A stretch of DNA of 24,000 nt from Peptacetobacter hiranonis (GCF_008151785.1 NZ_CP036523.1:1886019-1910018), one strand, 5' to 3'; shown: positions 7,190 through 17,688, counted from the stretch's first letter. Notes: generated from the letters alone by a model not told the origin. Numbers and translations are program-made.

Positions 7190-8191
7190 ATGAAAATTAA
7201 CAAGAAATTAATCGCACTTATAACTACAGGAATTTTATCAATTTCAATGCTTACTGGCTGTTCAAGTGGAGGTGAATCTACTTCTTCGGACTCAGTTAAG
7301 AAAGTAGGTATAACCCAGCTTGTAGAACATCCATCTCTTGATCAGACTAAAGAAGGATTCATAAAAGCATTAGAAGACAATGGTTATAAAGACGGAGAAA
7401 ATGTAGAAATAGACTATCAAAATGCTCAAAATGATAACCCCACTTCTCAGACAATTGCTAGTAATTTCGTAAATGACAAAAAAGATTTAATCTATGCAAT
7501 ATCTACTCCATCAGCTCAAGCTGCATTCAATGCAACACAAGATATTCCGGTATTATTCACAGCTGTAACAGATCCAGTAGAGGCAGGCCTTGTAAAATCT
7601 TTAGATAACAAAGACGGAGGAAATGTATCAGGTACTTCTGACTTCTTATCAATAGACAAAACTATGTCTTTAGTTGAAAAATTAACTCCACAGGCTAAAA
7701 AAATAGCTGTAATATATTCTACAAGTGAAGTTAATTCTAAAGTTCAGGTTGATTCTTTAAAAGAATATGCTAAAACTAAAGGCTGGGAAGTAATAGAAAA
7801 AGGAATCAGTGCATCTTCAGAAGTAAATCAGGCTATAACTTCAGTTGTAGGAAAAGCAGATGTTCTTTACGTTCCAACAGACAACCTAGTTGTATCTTCA
7901 ATGCCTATAATAGCTAAAGTTGCAAATGAAAATAAATTACCTATAATCGCATCTGATGAAGGTTCTGTAACATCTGGAGCTCTTGCTTGTGGTGGTGTTG
8001 ACTACTATCAGTTAGGATACAAAACTGGTGAAATGGCAGTTCAGATATTAAAAGGTGAAAAACAGCCTTCTGACCTAGCTGTAGAAACTATGGACGAACC
8101 AGTTATAACTATGAATGAAGACACTATGAAAACTTTAGGTATAGAAAAACCAGCTGATATTGACGTAAAACTTGTTAAAACAGAAAATTAG
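7190..8191 (+). CDS. Lipoprotein solute-binding protein 1 of the importer (COG2984 / ABC_sub_bind family)
   Basis: Signal peptide plus lipobox LTGCSSG. The core KKVGITQLVEHPSLDQTKEGF...TPSAQAA...FTAVTDPVEAGLV...GTSD is typical of this family. SD is GGAGGA. Confidence 0.85.
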   Translation: MKINKKLIALITTGILSISMLTGCSSGGESTSSDSVKKVGITQLVEHPSLDQTKEGFIKALEDNGYKDGENVEIDYQNAQNDNPTSQTIASNFVNDKKDLIYAISTPSAQAAFNATQDIPVLFTAVTDPVEAGLVKSLDNKDGGNVSGTSDFLSIDKTMSLVEKLTPQAKKIAVIYSTSEVNSKVQVDSLKEYAKTKGWEVIEKGISASSEVNQAITSVVGKADVLYVPTDNLVVSSMPIIAKVANENKLPIIASDEGSVTSGALACGGVDYYQLGYKTGEMAVQILKGEKQPSDLAVETMDEPVITMNEDTMKTLGIEKPADIDVKLVKTEN

Positions 8192-8255
8192 ATTTTCAAA
8201 ATATAATTAGAGATAATACTAAAAAAACAAAATCTAAAAAATTTTCAAAAAACTA

Positions 8256-8284
8256 TTGACACTGTGTATTTTATATTCTAGAAT
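8256..8284 (+). promoter_or_regulatory. Sigma-A type promoter of leader 2 (TTGACA-17 nt-TAGAAT)
   Basis: TTGACA at 8256-8261, a 17-nt spacer, TAGAAT at 8279-8284. The predicted TSS is near 8291. A CodY-like 13/15 box (AATTTTCAAAAAACT, 8240-8254) abuts the -35. Confidence 0.6.
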
Positions 8285-8371
8285 ATATACAAGTTCAAAA
8301 AATAATTAATTTTCAATTAATTAAAAAAATTGAAATCAATAAACTATAACAAAAGAAAAGGAGAAACTATC

Positions 8372-8416
8372 ATGAAAACTAGACTTTATTATTACTATTA
8401 TAACCTATATATTTAG
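8372..8416 (+). CDS. Leader peptide 2, 14 codons, MKTRLYYYYYNLYI (6 Tyr, 5 of them consecutive)
   Basis: GGAG at 8360-8363 lies exactly 8 nt before ATG 8372, the same spacing as leader 1. The MKT start is also shared. Tyr codons are at 8387-8401 and 8408-8410; the stop TAG is at 8414-8416. Two intrinsic terminators and the SBP2 gene follow. Confidence 0.6.
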   Translation: MKTRLYYYYYNLYI

Positions 8417-8536
8417 AGGCTGTATCTAAACTAGCATAATGTACGGATACAGACCTCGGTAAATACAATCCAGGGCTTTGTGTCTGTGCAGGTTATAATA
8501 ATAAGTCAATTTTATGAAGTTTCATTACTTATATAT

Positions 8537-8575
8537 AAGCCGCATAGATCGAGAATTATGTGGCTTTATTTTTTT
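8537..8575 (+). terminator. Leader 2 intrinsic terminator A
   Basis: AAGCCGCATA (8537-8546) / TATGTGGCTT (8557-8566), including one G-U pair, with a 10-nt loop and a T-rich tail TTTATTTTTTT. Confidence 0.7.
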
Positions 8576-8593
8576 AGTAATATAATGATTAAT

Positions 8594-8633
8594 AAAAGCC
8601 ATGTAGTCTTAAACTATATGGCTTTTATTTTTT
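8594..8633 (+). terminator. Leader 2 intrinsic terminator B (tandem)
   Basis: AAAAGCCATGTAG (8594-8606) / CTATATGGCTTTT (8614-8626), including one G-U pair, with tail TATTTTTT. Confidence 0.7.
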
Positions 8634-8731
8634 CCCTGGAAATCAAATCAAAAACCTATCAAACGACAAATCAAATATAAATTCAAAATCAGAAACTTCA
8701 AATACACTAAAATAATTCGGAGGAAAATAAA

Positions 8732-9721
8732 ATGAAATCAAATAAAAAAATATTATCTTTAATACTATCTTTAACATTAGGAGCAACATTACTTACAGGA
8801 TGCTCAGGTGGTGGAAAATCTTCAGGATCATCTGATGAAGTAAAGAAAATAGGTATAACTCAGCTAGTTGAACATCCAGCACTTGACCAGGCAAGAGAAG
8901 GATTTATAGAAGGACTTAAAGAAAATGGTTTTGTAGAAGGAGAAAACCTAGAAGTAGATTTCCAAAATGCTCAGAACGATAACCCTACTTCTCAGACAAT
9001 AGCTAGCAACTTCGCAAATGATAAAAAAGACTTAATATTTGCAGTATCTACTCCATCTGCTCAGGCTGCATTAAATGCTACTCAGGATATACCAATAGTA
9101 TTCACAGCAGTTACAGATGCTGTTGAAGCTGGACTTGTAAAAAGCAATGAATCATCAGAAAATAATGTAACTGGTACATCTGATGCAATACCAGTAGATA
9201 AATCATTAGAACTAATAAAAAAATTCGTACCAAATGTTAAAACAATCGGTGTTGTTTGCAACACAAGTGAAATAAACTCTAAATTACAGGTAGATACTTT
9301 AAGAAAAGCTGCTGAAAAAGAAGGTATAAAAGTAATAGATAAAGGTGCAACTCAAGCAAATGAAGTTAACCAGGCGGTTGCAGCAGTTGCAAAAGAAGCT
9401 GATGTAATATTCACACCAACAGATAACCTAGTAGCATCTTCAATGCCTATAATAACTAAAGTAGCAACTGAAAATAAGATACCCGTTATAGGTTCTGAAG
9501 AAGGACATGTTGAAAATGGCGCACTTGCTTGTAATGGAATAAACTACAAAAATCTTGGTAAAAAAGCTGGAGAAATGGCAGCTCAGATACTAAAAGGTGA
9601 AAAACAACCTTCTGAAATACCAGTAGCTACTATGGAAGAAACTACAATAATAATAAACAAGTCAACAATGGAAAAACTTGGAATAAAAGATCCTCAAATA
9701 GAAAACGCAATATTTAAATAA
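8732..9721 (+). CDS. Lipoprotein solute-binding protein 2, paralog of SBP1 (COG2984 / ABC_sub_bind family)
   Basis: Lipobox LTGCSGG. It is collinear with SBP1 over the full length, with about two thirds of residues identical by eye, including the block QNAQNDNPTSQTIASNF. It has its own promoter, leader and SD (GGAGGA). Confidence 0.85.
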   Translation: MKSNKKILSLILSLTLGATLLTGCSGGGKSSGSSDEVKKIGITQLVEHPALDQAREGFIEGLKENGFVEGENLEVDFQNAQNDNPTSQTIASNFANDKKDLIFAVSTPSAQAALNATQDIPIVFTAVTDAVEAGLVKSNESSENNVTGTSDAIPVDKSLELIKKFVPNVKTIGVVCNTSEINSKLQVDTLRKAAEKEGIKVIDKGATQANEVNQAVAAVAKEADVIFTPTDNLVASSMPIITKVATENKIPVIGSEEGHVENGALACNGINYKNLGKKAGEMAAQILKGEKQPSEIPVATMEETTIIINKSTMEKLGIKDPQIENAIFK

Positions 9722-9726
9722 AAATA

Positions 9727-9747
9727 AAAAAAGTGCTATCACAGAAT
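9727..9747. terminator. Left arm of an ancestral bidirectional terminator hairpin, now split by the IS
   Basis: AAAAAAGTGCTATCACAGAA(T) is complementary to TTCTATGATAGCACTTTTT at 11216-11234 (14 bp, one mismatch). The A-run and T-run flanks fit termination of both convergent genes. Confidence 0.6.
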
Positions 9748-9753
9748 AAAATG

Positions 9754-9808
9754 GAACCTATAGAATGGACACTTGTAAAAAGGTGTTTCATCTATAGGTT
9801 CTTTTTTT
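9754..9808 (+). terminator. Strong intrinsic terminator inside the IS left end, upstream of the transposase promoter
   Basis: GAACCTATAG (9754-9763) / CTATAGGTTC (9792-9801), with an inner helix GACAC/GTGTT, then T7 (9802-9808). It is immediately followed by TATAAT (9810-9815) and the SD GAGGTGA. Confidence 0.7.
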
Positions 9809-9838
9809 GTATAATTTTAATATAGAGGTGAGTAATTT

Positions 9839-11161
9839 ATGAGTAAAAAACAATTTAGTAAAGAAGAAACATTAGAGCTATCAAAAAATCCATTTGTAAA
9901 GAATGTAAGCTGTAAATCAATAACATATACAAATGAATTTAAAATACATTTCATAACAGAATACAATAAGGGAAAAAATCCAACACAGATATTTAAAGAA
10001 GCAGGTTTTGACACTAACATCATAGGTGCAAAACGTATTAAATGCGCTAGCGAGCGATGGAGAAAGTCATATAAAGAAAATGGTATTTTGGGACTAGATG
10101 ATTCTAGAGTTAATAATTCTGGAAGACCAAGAAAAAGAAAATTAACAGATAAAGAGATAATAGATAAGAAGGATGCTGAAATAGCATATCTTAAAGCAGA
10201 GCTAGAACTAGTAAAAAAGCTAGACTTCGAAGAAAGGCAGGTGATGAATAATAAGCTACCTTCGGTGAAAATATTCAAATTAATTAATGATGTAATAAAT
10301 AAATATTGTTTAAAAAAAATGATAAAACATCTATGTATTGTTGCAGGAGTATCTAGATCTGGATTTTATAACTATTTAAAAAACAAGAATGTAATAAGCA
10401 AACAAGAAGAAAAGGATTTAGAAGCAAAAGAAATAATTCTTAAAGCATATAAGTTCAGAGGATACAAAAAAGGTTCTCGTTCAATAAAAATGATTTTAAA
10501 AAGTAAATTTAATATAATATTTAACAGAAAAAAAATTCAAAGAATAATGAAAAAATATGGAATTAAATGTCCTATTCGCGAGTCAAATCCAGCTAAACGT
10601 ATGGGAAAAGCAAGAAAAGAACATCACACAGTTCCTAATAAATTGAATAGAGAATTTAAACAAGGTATACCAGGAAAAGTACTTTTAACTGATATTACGT
10701 ATATGCCGTACGGCAATGGGAAAACAGCATATTTATCAACTGTAAAAGATTCTTCTACGAATGAAATTTTATCGTATCATTTATCGAAGAATTTAAAAAT
10801 GGATATTGTTATTTCAACTATTAACAATCTCATGTTATCAAATTCAGACAAATTACATAAAGATGCATTTATTCATTCTGATCAAGGAGTTCATTATACA
10901 AGTACTATTTTTCAGAACTTGTTAAAAAAATATAATTTAGGTCAATCTATGTCTAGAAAAGGTAATTGTTGGGACAATGCTCCGCAGGAGTCATTCTTTG
11001 GTCATATGAAAGATGAAATAGATTATAAAAGTTGCAATACATTTGAAGAGTTAAAAAGTTTAATAGATGATTATATGGATTATTATAATAATGATCGTTG
11101 TCAGTGGAATTTAAAACAGCTGACTCCTATTCAATATAGAAGTCAGCTGCTTGCTGCTTAA
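9839..11161 (+). CDS. IS3-family transposase: HTH plus leucine-zipper N-terminal part fused in frame to the DDE (rve) catalytic core
   Basis: 440 aa. The N-terminal HTH region is followed by a coiled coil (EIAYLKAELELVKKL), then a second HTH (LCIVAGVSRSGFYNYLK). The DDE core shows DITYMPY, IHSDQGVHYTS and GNCWDNAPQESFFGHMKDE. Confidence 0.9.
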   Translation: MSKKQFSKEETLELSKNPFVKNVSCKSITYTNEFKIHFITEYNKGKNPTQIFKEAGFDTNIIGAKRIKCASERWRKSYKENGILGLDDSRVNNSGRPRKRKLTDKEIIDKKDAEIAYLKAELELVKKLDFEERQVMNNKLPSVKIFKLINDVINKYCLKKMIKHLCIVAGVSRSGFYNYLKNKNVISKQEEKDLEAKEIILKAYKFRGYKKGSRSIKMILKSKFNIIFNRKKIQRIMKKYGIKCPIRESNPAKRMGKARKEHHTVPNKLNREFKQGIPGKVLLTDITYMPYGNGKTAYLSTVKDSSTNEILSYHLSKNLKMDIVISTINNLMLSNSDKLHKDAFIHSDQGVHYTSTIFQNLLKKYNLGQSMSRKGNCWDNAPQESFFGHMKDEIDYKSCNTFEELKSLIDDYMDYYNNDRCQWNLKQLTPIQYRSQLLAA

Positions 11162-11199
11162 GACTTTTTTATATATGTCCTTGACATAGGGACCATTTT

Positions 11200-11234
11200 A
11201 GAATGTTATTAAACGTTCTATGATAGCACTTTTT
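11200..11234. terminator. Right arm (plus former loop) of the ancestral bidirectional terminator split by the IS
   Basis: AGAAT is the target duplication copy, GTTATTAAACG the former apical region, and TTCTATGATAGCAC plus a T-run the arm. It is complementary to 9733-9746. Confidence 0.6.
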
Positions 11235-11304
11235 ATATATTATAAATATTTATTAGAAAATCATCATAAATATCATACTATACTTATATAGAATAATTTT
11301 ACAC

Positions 11305-13773
<2,469 letters not shown>

Positions 13774-13775
13774 CT

Positions 13776-13840
13776 AAAAAATAGAGGTGAACGCATGCTT
13801 TTTCACCAAAAAAAGGTATTAACAATAATAGTCAATACCT
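13776..13840 (-). terminator. Two terminator-like hairpins between the dut stop and the glycosidase start, inside the predicted glycosidase leader
   Basis: Read on the minus strand. AGGTATT/AATACCT (13840-13814) is followed directly by T6 (13813-13808). GGTGAA/TTCACC (13807-13786) is followed by TCTATTTTTT (13785-13776). The stems are short (7 and 6 bp). Confidence 0.4.
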
Positions 13841-13877
13841 ACATATTAGTCAAATATAATTTTTTATTACAATAAAA

Positions 13878-13906
13878 ATTGTATCATTTTAAACCTTTAC
13901 TGTCAA
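13878..13906 (-). promoter_or_regulatory. Sigma-A type promoter on the minus strand (TTGACA-17 nt-TACAAT) upstream of the glycosidase
   Basis: The reverse complement reads TTGACAgtaaaggtttaaaatgaTACAAT. The -35 is at 13906-13901 and the -10 at 13883-13878. Confidence 0.55.
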
Positions 13907-14033
13907 CTTTTTCTTTTTAATAGCTTATATCATAAAAAAATTATTCTTTTATAAAATTAAACATTTTAAAGAAAATTTATTTTTTGGAATAAATATATGA
14001 GCTATTCATTAACTAATGATAATACTATTATAC

Positions 14034-14468
14034 TTATTTTGTTCCTGTAGATCCGAATCCACCTTCTCCTCTTTCTGAATCAGTTAATTCTTCTACTTCC
14101 ATTACATTCACCTCATATATTGGCTTTACAACCATCTGAGCAATTTTCATATGTTTTTCTACAACAAAAGTTTCTTTTCCATGGTTTATAAGTATTACAC
14201 CTATTTCTCCTCTGTATCCTTCATCTATTGTTCCAGGAGTGTTTAATACTGTTATAGAATGTTTTAAAGCTAGTCCACTTCTTGGTCTAACCTGAGCTTC
14301 TGTCATATTAGGAAGCTGTATTGCAATACCTGTCTTTATTAATCTAGTTTCCCCTGCTGGTATTTCAACTTCTGAAACAGAATAAAGATCCATTCCAGCA
14401 TCACCTTTGTGTGCAAATTTTGGTATTATCGCATCTTCATTTAATTTTTTTATTTTAAGTTCAAACAT
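14034..14468 (-). CDS. dut: dUTP diphosphatase (dUTPase)
   Basis: 144 aa carrying the trimeric dUTPase motifs [32 protein letters not shown] and [13 protein letters not shown] is GGAGGG. Confidence 0.93.
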   Translation of the reverse strand: MFELKIKKLNEDAIIPKFAHKGDAGMDLYSVSEVEIPAGETRLIKTGIAIQLPNMTEAQVRPRSGLALKHSITVLNTPGTIDEGYRGEIGVILINHGKETFVVEKHMKIAQMVVKPIYEVNVMEVEELTDSERGEGGFGSTGTK

Positions 14469-14483
14469 GTGTTCCCTCCATTA

Positions 14484-14512
14484 TTGAATATTTTCTACAT
14501 TTATTATATACT
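14484..14512 (+). promoter_or_regulatory. Candidate sigma-A promoter for topB (TTGAAT-17 nt-TATACT)
   Basis: TTGAAT at 14484-14489, a 17-nt spacer, TATACT at 14507-14512, about 80 nt upstream of the topB ATG. AT-rich context makes chance matches likely. Confidence 0.35.
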
Positions 14513-14592
14513 AAATAGGTATAATTTGGTACATAATTAAAATATAGAGATATATACAAATTTTTAAAATAAATCAAAAAGGTGGCGAGCAG

Positions 14593-16845
14593 ATGAAATT
14601 AATACTGGCAGAAAAGCCGTCAGTAGCAAAAACTATAGCCTCTTTCTTAGGTGCTAAGACAAGAAATCAAGGCTATTTTGAGGGAAATGGATATATAGTT
14701 ACATACGCTGTTGGGCATTTAGTTTCCCTTTATGATGTTAAAGACTACGACAAAGAAAAATACTCTGGCTCTTGGAAAATGGAAAATTTCCCTTTCATTC
14801 CGCCAGATAAATTTAAGTTTAAAGTAGATAAAAGTAAAAGAGATCAATTTAATGTAATAAAATCTCTTCTAAAAAGAGATGATATCGAATATATAATAAA
14901 TGCAACCGATAACGATAGAGAGGGGGAACTTATCGCATTTTTAATTTTCTTCCTTATAAAACCAAAAATACCAATAAAAAGAATACTTGTAAACGAATGG
15001 ACTCCAGAAGATATTACTAGAGGAATGAATAATTTAAAAGAAAACAATGAAATGTTAAATTTACAAGCTGCTGGATATACAAGGCTTATAACTGACTGGC
15101 TAATTGGGATAAACTTTACATCAGTTGCTACTTTAAAATACGGAAACGGAAAAATGCTAAATATTGGTAGAGTTATCCTACCTACAGTTAAATTAATATA
15201 CGATAGAGATATGGAAATTAAAAATTTCGTTCCTAAAACATATTACGAAATAGAAGGAAATTTCAAAGCTAAAAACGGAACTTACAAAGGTAAGTATATA
15301 TATAAAGGAAAAGAAAGTAGAATAGACGATTTAGAAGAATGTAAAAAAATAGTATCTGAAATAAATTCAGATAAAGGTACCATAAAAGATAAAAAGGTTA
15401 CAAATACCAAAGAATACGCTCCAAAGCTATTCTCTCTTACATCTTTACAGGGGTACATAACTTCTAAATATGCTCGATTTACATCTGATAAAGTCCTTAG
15501 TGTATGTCAGTCTCTTTATGAAGGGAAAGGAAAAGGGGGATTTATCACATATCCTAGAACAGACTCTATCTATTTAGAAGAAAGTTTAGCTTCTAAAGCA
15601 GAACAGACTTTAAATAAGATAAAAGAAAATCTTCCTTATAAAGATAAAATCAAATTTACTAAGACTAAGAGAGTTTTCGACTCTTCAAAGGTAGACAGCC
15701 ACAGTGCCATAATGCCTACCTATATAATACCAACAGGACTTAATGAAGACGAGATGATAGTCTACAACGCAATTAGAGATAGATTTGTCGCAAACTTCAT
15801 GCCTCCTGCAGAATTTGAAAACACTGATATAAAAACAGATGTCGACGGAAAAATATTCCAAACAAAAGGAAAAGTACTAAAATCTAAAGGATATCTTGAA
15901 GTCTACAATAAGCAGGATAAAAACGAACTTCTCCCATTCGTCGAAAAAGGTGAAGAAGTCGATGTACTAGGTGCTGCACCAGTTGAAAAACAGACTACAC
16001 CACCAAAATCATATACAGAAGATACACTTCTAAAAGCTATGAAAAACTGTGGTAAAAACGTATCTGATGATGATACAACTGTACTTTCTGGATATTCAAT
16101 AGGAACTTCAGCTACTAGAGCTGATGTTCTTAAAAAGATAAAAGATGTTGGCTATGTTAAAAAGAAAGGAAAATCCTATTATATAACAGAGCTAGGTATA
16201 AATCTCGTTGAAATTTTCCCTGTAAAAGAGCTTCTCGACGTTGACTTTACTGGTAAACTAGAAAAGAGCCTTAGCGATATTCAGAAAGGGCAATTTACTA
16301 GAAAAGAATACCTTAACAATATCTGCTCTTTCGTAGTTAGAAGTGTTAATACTATGAAAATGGACTCAAAGAAAAATATAAATCCAGAGCACTATGTCTA
16401 CAGCACTAAGTATAAAAAATATGTAAAAGAATCTTCTTTAAAAGCTATGGAAGAAAAAGGTAAATCCTCTGCTAAAGCTACAAACGCTAAAAAATCCGAT
16501 TCTAGCTCAACAAAATCAGTTGACAATAAATCCACTTCAAAAAATTCTAGTGAAAAGCAGAGTTTGGGAAAATGTCCAGTATGTGGTTCTGATGTATATG
16601 AATACGAAAAAGGGTTCTTCTGTGAAAACTACAAAGAGTGTAGATATGGAATCTGGAATGAGGATCAATGTTTTAAAAAGTTTAAAAAGAAACCTAATAA
16701 AACTATGGTAAAATCATTGCTAAAAAAAGGTGAAGCTAAAGTAAGATCATTTACCGATGCAAACGGAAATAAATTTGATGCTATAGTTAAATATCAAAAA
16801 AATCCAGCCAATGGAGCTTATGGTTGGATAATAGAAAGAATATAA
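14593..16845 (+). CDS. topB: DNA topoisomerase III (type IA) with a Lys/Ser-rich linker and a C-terminal zinc-ribbon module
   Basis: 750 aa. Toprim N-terminus MKLILAEKPSVAKTIA with DNDREGE, and the active-site tyrosine motif GFITYPRTDS. The C-terminus has CPVCGSDVYEYEKGFFCENYKEC (a Cys4-type ribbon) after a low-complexity K/S linker. Confidence 0.9.
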   Translation: MKLILAEKPSVAKTIASFLGAKTRNQGYFEGNGYIVTYAVGHLVSLYDVKDYDKEKYSGSWKMENFPFIPPDKFKFKVDKSKRDQFNVIKSLLKRDDIEYIINATDNDREGELIAFLIFFLIKPKIPIKRILVNEWTPEDITRGMNNLKENNEMLNLQAAGYTRLITDWLIGINFTSVATLKYGNGKMLNIGRVILPTVKLIYDRDMEIKNFVPKTYYEIEGNFKAKNGTYKGKYIYKGKESRIDDLEECKKIVSEINSDKGTIKDKKVTNTKEYAPKLFSLTSLQGYITSKYARFTSDKVLSVCQSLYEGKGKGGFITYPRTDSIYLEESLASKAEQTLNKIKENLPYKDKIKFTKTKRVFDSSKVDSHSAIMPTYIIPTGLNEDEMIVYNAIRDRFVANFMPPAEFENTDIKTDVDGKIFQTKGKVLKSKGYLEVYNKQDKNELLPFVEKGEEVDVLGAAPVEKQTTPPKSYTEDTLLKAMKNCGKNVSDDDTTVLSGYSIGTSATRADVLKKIKDVGYVKKKGKSYYITELGINLVEIFPVKELLDVDFTGKLEKSLSDIQKGQFTRKEYLNNICSFVVRSVNTMKMDSKKNINPEHYVYSTKYKKYVKESSLKAMEEKGKSSAKATNAKKSDSSSTKSVDNKSTSKNSSEKQSLGKCPVCGSDVYEYEKGFFCENYKECRYGIWNEDQCFKKFKKKPNKTMVKSLLKKGEAKVRSFTDANGNKFDAIVKYQKNPANGAYGWIIERI

Positions 16846-16860
16846 TTATAATAACAAACC

Positions 16861-16895
16861 AAAGGCGATTGAAATCTTTCAATCGCCTTTTATTT
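16861..16895. terminator. Bidirectional intrinsic terminator between convergent topB and the deacetylase gene
   Basis: Perfect palindrome AAAGGCGATTGAAA-TC-TTTCAATCGCCTTT (16861-16890), followed by TATTT on the plus strand and by TTTGTT on the minus strand. Confidence 0.8.
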
Positions 16896-17688
16896 AGTAA
16901 ATACTTAATACTGATGTATAGTCGGGATCTTTATATAAATGATCGAAGTACGAATGGGCAGATGTATATCCTATTCCCAATTTCCCTCTATTTTCATCTA
17001 TAACCTTGTACTGATCCATAGCTTTTTTAGCTCTATCTCTTTCAGCTTCAGTTTCTGATTTATAGTATTCTCTTTTGTCTTCTGGTATATATTTTATGTA
17101 TTTTGGTTTCATAAAATATCTAGCATCCTTTATTTTGTGCTCATCGCTAAGTCTTTTCAAAACTTCTCCATTTTTTCTGTGCATTATATGGTCATCGTAT
17201 TTATAATGATGTGCCACATGTGTAACACTTCCAAGTTCATTTTCAAATTTCAGCATAGTCTTTTCCATAAGTTCATAATGAGTTCCAGATTTATTATCAT
17301 CATCTGCAAGTATTATTATATTCTTTTCTTTAACTCCAAGTTCAAATAAAGCTGCTTTAAATTCATTATTTCTAAGTGTTTCTTTTTCTTTTCTAGAAAG
17401 TCCTTTAAATCTAGGATTTCTTGTAAAAACATTTACACCTGAACCATCTGAAACTAGTACAACATATACATTGTCAGCTCCACGCTCTTCTATTGCCTTT
17501 GTAATTGCACTAACTCCCCATAAAATTTCATCATCTTGATGTTGTGGATAAAATACAACGTGTTGTTTAAAGCTTTTGTTTGATAGTTTATCAATTATAT
17601 TATCTTGAGCACCTAAAGCCGTATTCGCTATTCCTAAAAACAAAATTGAAAGCATACTAATAATTATTTTTATTTTTTTATTTTTCAT
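16894..17688 (-). CDS. Secreted PIG-L/LmbE-family deacetylase-like protein
   Basis: 264 aa with a signal peptide (IIISMLSILFLGIANTALGA). It has a variant of the family AHPDDE motif (YPQHQDDEILWG), a VSDG element and a downstream His cluster (HVAHHYKYDDHIMH). The family call is moderate. Confidence 0.55.
   Translation of the reverse strand: MKNKKIKIIISMLSILFLGIANTALGAQDNIIDKLSNKSFKQHVVFYPQHQDDEILWGVSAITKAIEERGADNVYVVLVSDGSGVNVFTRNPRFKGLSRKEKETLRNNEFKAALFELGVKEKNIIILADDDNKSGTHYELMEKTMLKFENELGSVTHVAHHYKYDDHIMHRKNGEVLKRLSDEHKIKDARYFMKPKYIKYIPEDKREYYKSETEAERDRAKKAMDQYKVIDENRGKLGIGYTSAHSYFDHLYKDPDYTSVLSIY

Larger units (their letters stand above)
9748..11199 (+). mobile_element. IS3-family insertion sequence, about 1.45 kb, apparently intact
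   Basis: Imperfect terminal inverted repeats: AAAATGGAACCTATAGAATGGACAC at the left end and AAAATGGTCCCTATGTCAAGGACAT as the reverse complement of the right end. They are flanked by a direct repeat AGAAT (9743-9747 and 11200-11204). One transposase ORF fills the interior. The boundaries could shift by a few nt. Confidence 0.75.

Noticed and set aside
8480-8680. 66-aa ORF in the track (MSVQVIIISQFYEV...)
   Set aside because: It has no SD, starts with GTG, has low-complexity hydrophobic content, and runs straight through both leader 2 terminator hairpins. It is an artefact of the non-coding leader.
9817-10278. 153-aa minus-strand ORF overlapping the transposase 5' half
   Set aside because: It is antisense to the clearly homologous IS3 transposase, has no SD and is Ser/Leu/Phe-rich. 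It is a shadow ORF.
10312-10319. A8 run as an active programmed -1 frameshift site in the transposase
   Set aside because: The transposase frame is continuous across the run, so no frameshift is needed to make the full-length protein. I keep it only as a note under the IS finding.
9752-11195. Alternative IS boundaries starting at the canonical IS3 TG...CA dinucleotides (TGGAACC... / ...GGGACCA)
   Set aside because: With those ends the flanks (ATAAAA / TTTTAG) give no direct repeat. Including the AAAA/TTTT in the inverted repeats gives a clean AGAAT target duplication. The boundary remains uncertain by about 4 nt.
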